From: a candidate division WWE3 bacterium RIFOXYD1_FULL_43_17
GTDB taxonomy: Bacteria; Patescibacteriota; WWE3; UBA101185; UBA10185
Assembly (NCBI GenBank): GCA_001773385.1
Contig: MEWJ01000020.1
Span: forward strand, 1-57,171
Direction: 5' to 3'
Length of the DNA: 57,171 nt
Shown: piece after piece, positions 41,790 through 52,252 of the stretch
Position numbering within the stretch: position 1 is the first letter of the stretch
Layout of the letters: each line of letters begins with the position of its first letter
Notes under the pieces: model-generated
Told to the model about the DNA's origin: nothing
Databases searched by the model: none
The model's input: the letters and a program-made list of their open reading frames with translations, nothing else
Translations under genes and position numbers: made by a program

Positions 41790-43381
41790 AAAGAAGTTCT
41801 CTCGTAGACTTTATAAACTTCAACCCCGCGCACAAAAATACTATCCACATATCTGAGACCAAATCTTTTCTCTTCCACCGAGATATCGTCCCAAACAGGA
41901 TATACAAAATACCTTGTTTTCACGGCAAAAGGTGATAAATCCTCGATAACGGCAAATCCTCCTATTTCGCGGAAAAACGGGTGTATCTGGGTATAATATT
42001 TTTCCTGAAACGCGACGGTGAGTGTTTTCTGGTAATCAGTTCCGTTCATAATTTTTTCCAGTGAGGTGTCTCCGTAAACAGGAACCGTCCCGTCCACAAT
42101 CATTTTATTTTTGAAATAACTGAGCACTTCTCTCTCCCCGATTAGCCATTTAGGTTCCAATACATTTATTCCTCTTTTAAGGCCGCCGAACATCTGGTTG
42201 TAATACGACATGTAATCAGGATGAAGATACAGTACCGGTATGGCAGCAACGACTATCAAAGGAATAAATTTGAGAAAACTTCTACCCTTGATTTTTTCCA
42301 ACAGCCAAATCCAAAATAAAGACGTGATTAAAGACAACATCATAATGTTCGGCAAAATGTACCTATCCAGTTTTTTTGTCGGGATTATTAACTGAGCAAA
42401 ATAAAACACTACGAAAAGCAGGGTGTAGCATAAAAATTTGCGGTGTCCCTCACTAAATATTTTTTTCCAGAAGACTGCGGTTCCGATTAAGCCCAAAATT
42501 AACAGGTACGATGACCTTAGGCCCAAAACAACAAAGTAGTAAAAAAAGCCCGGGTCTTCGACCAATTTTCCGAAGTAGAACTGAATATGCTCCCTTTCTA
42601 TTCCTATCTCCGAAACCCCACGGTACAACGCTGCAAGTGCCTGCCCCGGAAATGCCCACATAGCGGGCCATCCGGCCATAAATACGCCCAGAAACACCAG
42701 TAGCCACAGTCCGATTTTGGGTAAAGCAGACACGATGTTTTTACGCGCCTCTATCAATAAGACTAGTCCCGCGTAAGGAAACATAAACAGTGCCGAAGTC
42801 TTGGTTAAAAAGGCCAGACCCGCAAACACGGCAGAAACAACAAGGCGTTTCTTATTACCGGGTTCGAGCGTGTAATAGTAGAGCCACAAGAACGAGGCTA
42901 ACATGAAGGTCGACATCAAACCTTCCAAATGAAACTCACGTGTCAAAGCAATGTAGAACGGTTCCAATGAAAGTAGTGCGGCAACAAGTAAAGCTTTTCT
43001 TGTCCCAAACAATTTTCTGAGCACAAAAAACGATAGTCCTAACGTAACGCCAATCGCTATTACAACAAAAAGTTTCTGCACAAAATGAAGCTGAAAAATC
43101 ATCTCAATACTATTTTCGGCGGGATTACTCTCGGCATAAAAGTTATATACTTTGATTGCAGCAGTACCGAGCCACATCAAAGTAACACCCGGGTGATATT
43201 TTTGAATTGTCTTCTCCAAATCCCAGGTGAAAACGCCGGTTCCAAAATCGTAACTCCGCGCCTTCCATTTCCATACGTCGGTGTTGAATGTATCGTGGCC
43301 CAAATCGGGCAACCGCGACACAATAAATAAAAGGACAAAAAGTATTTCAAATATGTATTTTTTTATAATTTTCAGCATCAA
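41786..43381 (-). CDS. ArnT/PMT_2-like GT-C membrane glycosyltransferase
   Basis: 531 aa with ~11 helices. YHPGVTLMWL, LEPFY, FLTKTSALF and PTKKLDRYILP blocks are shared with 44861..46435. Confidence 0.6.
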   Translation of the reverse strand: MMLKIIKKYIFEILFVLLFIVSRLPDLGHDTFNTDVWKWKARSYDFGTGVFTWDLEKTIQKYHPGVTLMWLGTAAIKVYNFYAESNPAENSIEMIFQLHFVQKLFVVIAIGVTLGLSFFVLRKLFGTRKALLVAALLSLEPFYIALTREFHLEGLMSTFMLASFLWLYYYTLEPGNKKRLVVSAVFAGLAFLTKTSALFMFPYAGLVLLIEARKNIVSALPKIGLWLLVFLGVFMAGWPAMWAFPGQALAALYRGVSEIGIEREHIQFYFGKLVEDPGFFYYFVVLGLRSSYLLILGLIGTAVFWKKIFSEGHRKFLCYTLLFVVFYFAQLIIPTKKLDRYILPNIMMLSLITSLFWIWLLEKIKGRSFLKFIPLIVVAAIPVLYLHPDYMSYYNQMFGGLKRGINVLEPKWLIGEREVLSYFKNKMIVDGTVPVYGDTSLEKIMNGTDYQKTLTVAFQEKYYTQIHPFFREIGGFAVIEDLSPFAVKTRYFVYPVWDDISVEEKRFGLRYVDSIFVRGVEVYKVYERTSL

Positions 43382-44904
43382 CGGATCATCTCCTCGACAG
43401 TGATATACGGGCCTATCCTGCCCTTATTTGAAACTTCAAAAATAGCCCGGCCCGAGGAAACACCTTTGTTTAATTCTATGTAATAATACCTCGTTCCTTT
43501 CGGTAATTTTGTTGGATCCTTTGTCGCGTTATTAAACACGTACTTTGAAACCGACTCCGCGTCCGAACTTCCGTAAACTACTCTCGTGCCTAAAGGAACT
43601 TCCGTTTCTAAGAATTTTTTCAGGTCAAGACGGGTGTCGTTTCTCAAAAATCTTACAGCGTTAAAAACCGAAAAATAGAACGGCGGTAAAAATAGTAAAA
43701 GCGCTATCGGAAAATAAAGAGGCTTCATTCCCAAACTCACTTTGTTCATTGCCCACACGGAAAAGTATCCGAATATTATTGAGACGAACGGATACATGAC
43801 GAAATAGTATTGTGAGCGGCTTTTTTCAAATCCGGAAATATAGTAGATAAGCGCGTACGCCGGAATTATTAAAAACATGAGTGAAACGTCAAATCTCGAG
43901 AATGTCCCTTTCAAAAATCTTATTAGTACAATACCTGATGTTAAAAATAGAGCAGCTAGAATCGTATAACCCAGATCGTCCGCTATTTTAAAACTCATAT
44001 CGGTGAAAAACTTATTTACGTGCTGAGCAAAATCCACGGACCCGACATTGGCAAACTGCCAAAACGCTCCCACTGCAGTGTCTTTCCGGCTGAAAGTTTC
44101 ATAATCCAGCGCCGCGTACGGGGTACCCAATAAAAACCCCAAAAAGGCAAAAATCCCGGATAAAAAGAGGTTCAAAATTGTCTTAAAATAGGGAAAATCC
44201 CCCCTTGTTTCCGATAACCGCATTTTCACCAATACCCAGCGTAAAAACGCGGCCAGAGGCACTGTAACGGCTCCCAGACCCCCATTATATTTGTTCGAGG
44301 CTGCTATTCCTATAAACAGCCCTGACAACATGTAGTCTATGGGGTATCCCTGAGTGATAATACGCGCGGCAAAGTAAATTCCCCAGGACAGGAAAAAAAG
44401 CATCGGCGCATCGGGCAGCGAATAGTGCGAGTGCCAGACATGAAATGGAATCACGGCAAAAGCCAGGGCCGAGAGCAGACCCACCTTTTCGCCGAACAGA
44501 ACCTTTCCTGTTTTGTATATCGGAATGACAGTTAGCGCCCCAAGTACTGCTGCAAAAACGCGCGTAATAAAATAGAAAACGACGGTGTCATCCCACATTA
44601 ACGGAAATATCTTAATCATAAAATTCTGAAAATTGTAATCGATGGCAAGTTCTCGGATCTTAGCGAATGCCAGAAAAACAAAATAGTTAGCGTAAATAAA
44701 AAAGTGGGGCCAATCGAAATGCCCGGGATTCGGTTCAAACCTTACTCCAAGAGCCGATTGAACAATTGTAGATTCGTCCGGGTGAAAAATAAAAGGAAAG
44801 CCGTGACTTATTCCTGCCAGTCTTAATATTAGGGCAAGAAATATTATCAGGTAGATGAGACTACTTGTCTTCCTTGACATATATTCTCCAATATTCCAAT
44901 CCAT
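43378..44904 (-). CDS. GT39-like (ArnT/PMT_2) GT-C membrane glycosyltransferase
   Basis: 508 aa. First-loop HPDESTIV, then YKTGKVLFGEKVGLLSALAFAVIP, typical of GT39. An alternative ATG at 44880 would shorten the overlap. Confidence 0.65.
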   Translation of the reverse strand: MDWNIGEYMSRKTSSLIYLIIFLALILRLAGISHGFPFIFHPDESTIVQSALGVRFEPNPGHFDWPHFFIYANYFVFLAFAKIRELAIDYNFQNFMIKIFPLMWDDTVVFYFITRVFAAVLGALTVIPIYKTGKVLFGEKVGLLSALAFAVIPFHVWHSHYSLPDAPMLFFLSWGIYFAARIITQGYPIDYMLSGLFIGIAASNKYNGGLGAVTVPLAAFLRWVLVKMRLSETRGDFPYFKTILNLFLSGIFAFLGFLLGTPYAALDYETFSRKDTAVGAFWQFANVGSVDFAQHVNKFFTDMSFKIADDLGYTILAALFLTSGIVLIRFLKGTFSRFDVSLMFLIIPAYALIYYISGFEKSRSQYYFVMYPFVSIIFGYFSVWAMNKVSLGMKPLYFPIALLLFLPPFYFSVFNAVRFLRNDTRLDLKKFLETEVPLGTRVVYGSSDAESVSKYVFNNATKDPTKLPKGTRYYYIELNKGVSSGRAIFEVSNKGRIGPYITVEEMIR

Positions 44905-46435
44905 TAACGTAAAGTGAAGAATCTTTTCTGAACCTTGTACCGCTTTCCAGAACTTTTTCCGGAATTTCCTCGTTTATTCCTAATACCAGGAGTTCGTAAT
45001 CGCTTACCCCGTTGACCCTTATATCTGCAACCTTAGAGTTTGAGTAGATGGCTTTCATGGGTTTTGTGTCTATAAAACCAAGTTCCGGCTCGTTGCCGTA
45101 CCTATTGATTATGTAGTCTTTAAGGGCGGGAACTGCTATGCCGAAAGGCTTTTGGGCAATAATAGTGTTGGCCGAGTTAGCCGTACCGAACAAAGGGCTC
45201 GTGTAAGTAAAGTAATAAGGAAAGTCCGTGATGGCAGGCACGATGTAAAAAAGTGTAAACATGAAAAGGGCGACGCTCATAAAAACCTTTTTTGATTTTG
45301 AGGTTTTCAGGAATGAGTAAAATCTTATGATTCCGTACGATGCTAATAGGGTTAAAAATGGATAGAGGGGAAGCATGTACCTGTCGAGTTTTTTAGAAGG
45401 ATAGAACATGATAAAAAAATATCCGAGATAGAACAAAGCGAGATAAATATACGGATTGTGATATTTAGCCTTAATATTTTTCAACACGTTGGAAAAAGAG
45501 TTTACACATCTCATGAGACAAAGAATCAAACCCGCAATAAGAAACGGCGTCGATTTAATAAGTAACACTAATGGATAAAATAATAATCCGGCGTCCTGAG
45601 TTGTTTCTCCGAACACTATTTGCTCGTGTCCTTTTCTTATACCTACTCTTTCGGACTCGGCAAAAATTTCGGACAGGTAGTAAACCGGTCTTACCCACAA
45701 CGCGGGAAAGAGTACGAAGGTTGTTACGATAAATGAGCCGAGTATTGTGAAAAAATAGTTTAGGAGCCCCTTTAAATCTTTTTTATTTGCAAAATAAGCA
45801 GTAGAAAAAAGAAGAACAAAAAAGAGTGCCCCTATTCCAATGCTTTTAGTTAAAAACGAAAGCGATAGAAAAACGCCGGCTAATATCGACTGCTTGTAAC
45901 TAAAACTTTTCAGGTTCAACCAGCTAATCAACAAACCTATAAGTACAAACAAGGCCAATAAGACGTCCATGTGGTAAAGGCGCGAATTTCCCATAAAAAA
46001 AGGCTCGAGAGAGAACAAAAATACCGAAAAGTAGGCAATTTTGAACCCCACGACTTTGGAAAGGTAGTACAAAAGAATAAAGGTCAGAACCAGCTGCGCT
46101 AACACTACCGAATATTTGGCTACGGTATTGAAGGCTATAAAATTGTACTGATCGTAAGTGGTTACACCGGTAATCTGTTTATATATTTCTATGGGCACAC
46201 CGGTAAGCCACATTAAGGTCACGCCCGGATGGTAGTGCTGATAAGTGCGTTCAAAGTCTCCTGATTTTAACCCAACAATAAATTGCTGAGACCTGTAATG
46301 CCAATTAACTCCGTCGGGATTTATCTCATCGGGACCCAACATAATGAAACGAGTCAGACCGAATACGATAATAAAAAAAACGAGAGCTACAGACCTGTTT
46401 TTAAAAAGAGCCGCCAGGCGTTCCAATACTTTCAT
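44861..46435 (-). CDS. ArnT/PMT_2-like GT-C membrane glycosyltransferase (paralog of 41786..43381)
   Basis: 524 aa. YHPGVTLMWL, LEPFF, FLTKSIGIG and PSKKLDRYMLP blocks occur in the same order as in the paralog. Confidence 0.6.
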   Translation of the reverse strand: MKVLERLAALFKNRSVALVFFIIVFGLTRFIMLGPDEINPDGVNWHYRSQQFIVGLKSGDFERTYQHYHPGVTLMWLTGVPIEIYKQITGVTTYDQYNFIAFNTVAKYSVVLAQLVLTFILLYYLSKVVGFKIAYFSVFLFSLEPFFMGNSRLYHMDVLLALFVLIGLLISWLNLKSFSYKQSILAGVFLSLSFLTKSIGIGALFFVLLFSTAYFANKKDLKGLLNYFFTILGSFIVTTFVLFPALWVRPVYYLSEIFAESERVGIRKGHEQIVFGETTQDAGLLFYPLVLLIKSTPFLIAGLILCLMRCVNSFSNVLKNIKAKYHNPYIYLALFYLGYFFIMFYPSKKLDRYMLPLYPFLTLLASYGIIRFYSFLKTSKSKKVFMSVALFMFTLFYIVPAITDFPYYFTYTSPLFGTANSANTIIAQKPFGIAVPALKDYIINRYGNEPELGFIDTKPMKAIYSNSKVADIRVNGVSDYELLVLGINEEIPEKVLESGTRFRKDSSLYVNGLEYWRIYVKEDK

Positions 46436-46436
46436 A

Positions 46437-47906
46437 TTATTTCTTTAAAGCCCTGACAAATTTCTTCGCGTAATTTACACCGCTGATAACTTCACTTTTG
46501 GTCAGATAGCCCGGAATGAAAAATGCCCAGATAAGCATCCCGAATACGACCACGAAAAACGGTATTTTAATATAGAGCGGTAAAAACGAAACCATTGAGA
46601 TTGCGAATGCCTGTCCTAAAATCGCGAGGTGATCGATATTGAAAAAACTGAACTTTAATTTTTTACTTATTGCGATATTTATATATATAAAGGACGCCGT
46701 AGCGCCGAAAGCCATTCCCCAGGCCATCCCGGGAAGTGCTCCGAGTGCGTGGTAACTTGCGAAAAAGAACGCGGCCGTTCCCGCTAAAAGAAGTACGAAA
46801 CTTATGATCATATGCTTGACCATTTTTGCAGGAATAAGGACGCTGGATTTCACAATATTTATAAAGGAGTAAAGAATGAAGGCGAAAATAACCGGCGGAA
46901 TAAGAGTATAGGACTTGTCATATTTATCTCCTCCCACCACCAAACTAACTATTTCCGGTGCCCAGTATGAGGCGAAAGCTGCTGCCGCTATAACACTGAT
47001 GAATATCTTGTCGAAATTCCTGGTGAAAAGTTTTTTGAAGTCGGCAAAGTCTTTAACATATTTTTCTGAAAGGACCGGGAGATTTACGTCGGTCACGGCG
47101 TCCGAAATACTCATTAACTTTTTCGCGTACAAAAGTGCGAATGCAAAAATGGCCACTACCTCAGGAGAGTTGAAGAGTCCCAGTGCATTGCTTCCGAACT
47201 TTTCCCAGTTGGTGTAGATAATCTTCACAAGATAGATAGCCATACTAATAGAAAATATTTCTTTGAACAGCCGCCTGAAGTCTGCGTTGCTCGGCCACTT
47301 CATACTTCCTCTTAAGGGTTTGAAAGCGATATAGGATAATACGACAGAACTTAGTGCGTTAAACATGAAGAACGCGTAGAAGTAACCGTTAACCCTGTAT
47401 GTTAAAACCAGCGGTATAAAAATAACCACGCTAGCTGCGGCAATAGCAATCTGATATAGAAAAAGCTGTTTAAATCTTTTCGTTCCGGAAATCACCGAAT
47501 TCAAAATGCTTTGAACCCCCTGAAAAATTAAAGTCAGGGCATATATTTTAATAGGAAGGACGAGAATTTCGTTTTTATAGATGTCGACCGCAACGTATCT
47601 CGCCGCAAAAAATAGCCCGATAGCAATAGGAATTGTGATGGCGTAACGTATCACTGCCGAAGTTATGAATATTTTGAAAACTTCTTTATCATCTTCCGCC
47701 GAGGAAATTTCCCGCGTACTGGCCGAAGCAAGTCCGAGGTGCTGGTAAATACCCAAGGCGCCTCCTATTGATATTGCCAGTTGTATAACTCCCCACTCCC
47801 CCACACTTAGTACCCGGATTATTACGAACGTCTGTACCAGTCCCAAAAGCATGGCCATAGATCTGGATGCAAAGCTAATTATTTGCCATTTTCCGAGTTC
47901 CTTCAT
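46437..47906 (-). CDS. MOP/Wzx-type flippase
   Basis: 489 aa with ~14 helices. N-terminal SRSMAMLLGLVQTFVIIRVLSVGEWGV resembles the MOP family. Confidence 0.65.
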   Translation of the reverse strand: MKELGKWQIISFASRSMAMLLGLVQTFVIIRVLSVGEWGVIQLAISIGGALGIYQHLGLASASTREISSAEDDKEVFKIFITSAVIRYAITIPIAIGLFFAARYVAVDIYKNEILVLPIKIYALTLIFQGVQSILNSVISGTKRFKQLFLYQIAIAAASVVIFIPLVLTYRVNGYFYAFFMFNALSSVVLSYIAFKPLRGSMKWPSNADFRRLFKEIFSISMAIYLVKIIYTNWEKFGSNALGLFNSPEVVAIFAFALLYAKKLMSISDAVTDVNLPVLSEKYVKDFADFKKLFTRNFDKIFISVIAAAAFASYWAPEIVSLVVGGDKYDKSYTLIPPVIFAFILYSFINIVKSSVLIPAKMVKHMIISFVLLLAGTAAFFFASYHALGALPGMAWGMAFGATASFIYINIAISKKLKFSFFNIDHLAILGQAFAISMVSFLPLYIKIPFFVVVFGMLIWAFFIPGYLTKSEVISGVNYAKKFVRALKK

Positions 47907-47910
47907 ATTT

Positions 47911-50019
47911 CTATTTAATAAGTATATTCCCTAAGTATAAATTTCGGGTCTTCACTTTATTGGACATACCCACGAAAACTCTGTAGTCACCGGGTTCCAA
48001 AAAGGACGGGAAATTAACGTTCAGGTCCTCGACATAATAGCGGTCTGAATCCCAATCGGCCGGTTGTATAAGGGAGAAAGAGGGAAGATTGGCTATTTCA
48101 TATAACTTTCCGGTCTTGTCATTCATAAAGGTCATGTACATAACAAATCCGTTCAGAGAATCGCTTTCTCTTTTGAAAAACACGAGTCTGAAATTTTCTG
48201 CTACACCTCTTGTTGCTTCTTTAGGATAATCAAAATCGGCAATTTCGGTTCCGAATAATATGTCGTACGCGTATTTTGCGGTGTAGCTAAATTTTTCTTG
48301 CATTGGTAATAAGTCGGTTTTTTCATGCACCCCCACTTTTTTGAAAACAAACAAGTTTCCGCACCCGGTCAGCAGTTCATAATCTTTGCTTTTAATAATG
48401 TCGGCGGTGACGTCACGCACCAGACTTGTCTCAACATCTAATATAGTTAGAATTTTGCGGGAGAAAACATCGACTATCACATAATCCGCACTTGTGTAGA
48501 GCGCCGGAAATATCGCGTAAGTTTCTCTTAAAGATAAATGAGCTCCCAGGTAATCCGGTCCGGTGACGGAAGCTCCGTCGGGAATCAACCCAACAATCTT
48601 TTCGGCACACTCGACATCTTTGTTATCCAAATCCGGCAGTTTTACAACATCCCCCACTTTTAGTTTGCTTTTCCACACAGCATCCGGATCCGACTCTGCC
48701 AAAACTCTTTTTCGGACTGCCTGGTCTATCCAAAGGTAAACGGGGTTATTAAAAACGTACGACGTGTGTATACCAGCAATAACCATCGCTAATCCAAAAA
48801 ATATCTGAACGCCTTTTATAACGCGGGGCCGTCTCTTTTTAAAGTTCCCCAAAGTATCCGCGAGCATTCCTATGGCGTAAATAGACGAAATGAAAAGAAC
48901 AGGAATTATCATGGATATTCTGTGGTTTGTTATCTCAGCCGTACCGACACCGTCGGCTGAAGTCAGGTAGTTTATTAAAAAGTCGGGCGCTGCTACTAAC
49001 AATATCTGCGGATATGCTAAAGGCAAAAATAAAACAGGGTCGAAAGTTTTTCTCAAATTATCTATCCTGTCGCCTCCGAAAAATATTCTAATCGCCTTTT
49101 GATGGTCCATAACCATTCCTACAAGAACATCGGTATAGGATTCGCCGAAGGCATCATACCTGCTTAAAAAATAGTTGGGTTTTGACACGTCACGTGTGGT
49201 GTCCCCCGCAATACCTATTTCACGCGCGAATTTGTTGTATCCCGCAACTCTATACTGGGAATAAGCCGGAATAATTATAAAGAATGCGGTTATAAACCAA
49301 ACCGTAGCTACTGCAAACATGGACAGAGCAAGTTTTCCGGTAACTGTCTGATAAAATTTCTTCCCTTCTTCTTTTAGTGGTCTGAAGAAAAGTATAAACA
49401 GCGAATACATCACAACATATAAAGGAAGCTGTTCTTTTCCGGCCATCGTAATGATAAGAAGCACCCAAAATATAATTAAGTTCTTTTTGCTGAAGTTTTT
49501 CTCTTTGTACATTTTCTCGAAAACATAGAATGCTCCGAAAAAGAAAGGAACTGCTGCCGTAACTCCGTGAAAGCCGGTCCATGCATTCAAGTATCCGAGT
49601 GCCGGATATAAAAGGTACGCGACGCCGAGCATCGCTGAAGCCGCTTTGGAGCCCAGTCTCAGATAAGCTATCTTGTAAACCAAAAAGGCTGCCAGGATGA
49701 GGATTACGAACTGCGAGATCACCAGCGTAAGCGGGTGCTGAAATACTGCAAATAAAGGAAGAAACAACAGTAATATAGGGTCGACGTGGCTCATTGCCCA
49801 TCTCGGCAGGTTAGTCCCGAAATAGTCGGTAAGGTACATAAAGTTCCCGTGCATCGTATTCCAAAGCATCTGGGACATGTTCCCGAGGTCAAACTTTCCG
49901 AAATCGAAATTATTGTACCGGAAAACATTAATCCGGATATTTACAGCGATATTTACCGCAACAAACGCGGTTAGTAACAAAATGAATCTATTCTCTCTAA
50001 TAAGCTTTATGATTTTCAT
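47911..50019 (-). CDS. DUF2079-type polytopic membrane protein (GT-C-like) with C-terminal soluble domain
   Basis: 702 aa. FDFGKFDLGNMSQMLWNTMHG ... SHVDPILLLFLPLF matches the DUF2079 N-terminal signature. Confidence 0.6.
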   Translation of the reverse strand: MKIIKLIRENRFILLLTAFVAVNIAVNIRINVFRYNNFDFGKFDLGNMSQMLWNTMHGNFMYLTDYFGTNLPRWAMSHVDPILLLFLPLFAVFQHPLTLVISQFVILILAAFLVYKIAYLRLGSKAASAMLGVAYLLYPALGYLNAWTGFHGVTAAVPFFFGAFYVFEKMYKEKNFSKKNLIIFWVLLIITMAGKEQLPLYVVMYSLFILFFRPLKEEGKKFYQTVTGKLALSMFAVATVWFITAFFIIIPAYSQYRVAGYNKFAREIGIAGDTTRDVSKPNYFLSRYDAFGESYTDVLVGMVMDHQKAIRIFFGGDRIDNLRKTFDPVLFLPLAYPQILLVAAPDFLINYLTSADGVGTAEITNHRISMIIPVLFISSIYAIGMLADTLGNFKKRRPRVIKGVQIFFGLAMVIAGIHTSYVFNNPVYLWIDQAVRKRVLAESDPDAVWKSKLKVGDVVKLPDLDNKDVECAEKIVGLIPDGASVTGPDYLGAHLSLRETYAIFPALYTSADYVIVDVFSRKILTILDVETSLVRDVTADIIKSKDYELLTGCGNLFVFKKVGVHEKTDLLPMQEKFSYTAKYAYDILFGTEIADFDYPKEATRGVAENFRLVFFKRESDSLNGFVMYMTFMNDKTGKLYEIANLPSFSLIQPADWDSDRYYVEDLNVNFPSFLEPGDYRVFVGMSNKVKTRNLYLGNILIK

Positions 50020-50027
50020 TTTTACCG

Positions 50028-50714
50028 TCAGTCGATAAATCTGTATTTTATCAACGTGAACAATGCGTGTATCCCGTCTCTCCAGGTTATTTTTTTACCT
50101 TCGCTGTGGGTGCGGCCTCTGTATGAGATTGGGACTTCTCTTATCTTTAGCCCCGACTTTAGTATTTTTGCCGTTATTTCAGGTTCAAAATCGAATCTTT
50201 CGGATTTTATATTTACATTTCTCACAAAGTCACCAGGCATTAATTTGTAACAGGTTTCCATATCGGTAAGCATTACTCCGAAGAAAACATTCGTAATTAA
50301 TGTCAGTAATTTGTTACCGAAGTAATGCAAAGTAGACATATCCTCGTAACTTCCGGAGAATCTACTTCCATATATAACCTGGGCGTTGTGTTCGTCTAAA
50401 GCGCGTATAAGTTTGTGGTAATCATTGGGGTCATACTCAAGATCGGCGTCCTGAACAATTACATAATCGCCGGTTGTATGCTCAAACCCGAGCTTTAACG
50501 TGTGCCCTTTACCTCTGTTCTTCTCCTTATAATAGAAACTGACGTCGGGGTGCACGGCCTCAAGCCTCTTTAAAATGTCGGTCGTACCGTCGGTAGAGGC
50601 ATCATCCACTACAACAATTTCTTTATCCAAACCTTCAACGGCTTTGATCTCGTCCAAAATTTTCTCAATCGTGTTTTTTTCGTTGTACACGGGAACAACA
50701 ATAGATAGCTTCAT
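50028..50714 (-). CDS. GT2 polyprenyl-phosphate glycosyltransferase (DPM1/ArnC-like)
   Basis: 228 aa. LSIVVPVYNEKNTI, VVVDDASTDGT, NRGKGHTLK and VQDADLEYDP. Confidence 0.8.
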   Translation of the reverse strand: MKLSIVVPVYNEKNTIEKILDEIKAVEGLDKEIVVVDDASTDGTTDILKRLEAVHPDVSFYYKEKNRGKGHTLKLGFEHTTGDYVIVQDADLEYDPNDYHKLIRALDEHNAQVIYGSRFSGSYEDMSTLHYFGNKLLTLITNVFFGVMLTDMETCYKLMPGDFVRNVNIKSERFDFEPEITAKILKSGLKIREVPISYRGRTHSEGKKITWRDGIHALFTLIKYRFID

Positions 50715-50716
50715 GT

Positions 50717-52252
50717 TTAATCCTTCCGTTCAAACCTTACTATTTTAGCAAAAAACTCCGCTCCGTTTACATTATAACTAAAATCTTTCACAGGAGTCAG
50801 GTATGGTCGTGAGTCAAGGTCGAGCTCCATTTCAGTGTTGTGTTCGTTGGTTATAAGAAAGTAGTCGGCTCCGGTCTTCTGAAGGGCTTCGTATGTTAAG
50901 TTTTTCTTGCTTTCAGTATTGTAGTAAAAACCTGAAACCTTGGGAGTATCCAGGACATTTAAGTAAAAGTCGGACACGCTGCTTACGTCGTTGTAAGCAA
51001 CTTTTCCCTCAAGGTTACGCACCGCGTAGTCGGCAGCGTTCTTTACGGAAATGAATATATCCTTATGCAATTTAATTACCGAACCTGACCAGAGAGATGT
51101 GATTACCGCTAAAGTAACAACCGTAGCCCAAAATTTCTTTTTGTATATGAAAAATACTGTTGCGGCTTGTAAAACAAATAACACCCCGAGTAGTGCTTTA
51201 TCCAAAACGAGAAACTGCAGTTTAAGAAAATATTGGGAACCTAAATAGAAGAGTAAAAGTGCCCCCGCAAGAACTAAGATGTTTTTGTTCTCTTTCCCGT
51301 TTTCCCACCATTTTTCCAGACTTAAAGTTAGGATAAGAATTAACAAAGGAACAACTGCCACAAAAAGTCTTGGAATAGCTGCCGGCCACAAGAGTATTAA
51401 TAAAAGTTCCAAAAAAAGAAAAATTGAAACTTGTGCATTATTTTTTAAAAACTTCCAGACGTCCTTTTTAATAAACGCAAATGCCGGGACGGATCCATAA
51501 ATAGCCAGTAAACTCGCAACGTAAATCCAGACCATTTTTAGGTCGTACGCCCTTCCTGCCGGCTCATCGAGGTATTTAGAACCGAGCGGGTTTCTGTACA
51601 AAAACCATGGTAAGACTATAAGCAGGGCGCCTAGCCCAAAATAAATGTAAGGCGTCAGTTTTTTTAAATCCAACTTTTTTCCGTGGTCTATAAATAAAGA
51701 CAGAAATAATGACCCGGCCAATATATATCCTTCAAATCTGGTTAAAATAGAAAGTCCGGACACGATGCCGAGTACGAATAAACGTTTAAAACTCCAACTG
51801 TCCTTCCATAATTTATATAAATAAATCGCGAGAAGAGCTAAAAGCGCGAACGGAACATCCGCCATAACTCTTATCGACCAGTACAAAAAATCCGGATTAA
51901 ACAAAAGGAGGAGCATTCCTAAAAAGACAAAGCGTTCGTCCTTAATATACTGTTTTAAAAACTTTCCGAACAAAAACATTCCGGCCAGACCTGTCACGAG
52001 CATAAAGCCCCTGGCCCAAAGTACGGGGTCCGCTGCCTCCGGTCTTGCGGCTAATACAATAGAGTACAAAGGAGGTCTTTTTTCGTCCTGCGGGTAACTC
52101 CCTTTTCTTATATGTTCCGAAGCTCTTAAAATTCTGTAAGAATCCCCCCACTCTGCCGTATTCACATTCAGCAAAAAAAAGTGTACGAGAATAAACAAAA
52201 CATAGGGTAGGAACTTAAATATAGTTTTTGGTTGCAAAGTCATATATTTCAT
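50717..52252 (-). CDS. ArnT-like GT-C membrane glycosyltransferase
   Basis: 511 aa. Early-loop EWGDSYR and EKRPPLYSIVL (the ArnT eKPPL-type motif). About 11 helices and a soluble C-terminus. 38-nt overlap with the upstream gene. Confidence 0.55.
   Translation of the reverse strand: MKYMTLQPKTIFKFLPYVLFILVHFFLLNVNTAEWGDSYRILRASEHIRKGSYPQDEKRPPLYSIVLAARPEAADPVLWARGFMLVTGLAGMFLFGKFLKQYIKDERFVFLGMLLLLFNPDFLYWSIRVMADVPFALLALLAIYLYKLWKDSWSFKRLFVLGIVSGLSILTRFEGYILAGSLFLSLFIDHGKKLDLKKLTPYIYFGLGALLIVLPWFLYRNPLGSKYLDEPAGRAYDLKMVWIYVASLLAIYGSVPAFAFIKKDVWKFLKNNAQVSIFLFLELLLILLWPAAIPRLFVAVVPLLILILTLSLEKWWENGKENKNILVLAGALLLFYLGSQYFLKLQFLVLDKALLGVLFVLQAATVFFIYKKKFWATVVTLAVITSLWSGSVIKLHKDIFISVKNAADYAVRNLEGKVAYNDVSSVSDFYLNVLDTPKVSGFYYNTESKKNLTYEALQKTGADYFLITNEHNTEMELDLDSRPYLTPVKDFSYNVNGAEFFAKIVRFERKD

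Noticed and set aside
49250-49801. 183-aa minus-strand alternative-frame ORF inside the DUF2079 gene, together with the other 60-110-aa track ORFs nested in or antisense to annotated genes (for example 749..961, 1143..1451, 2663..2953, 8828..9133, 15394..15738, 56674..57030)
   Set aside because: All lie within or opposite long ORFs that carry clear family motifs. They have no SD or independent signals, and their compositions are Arg/Ser/Leu-rich as is typical of off-frame translation.
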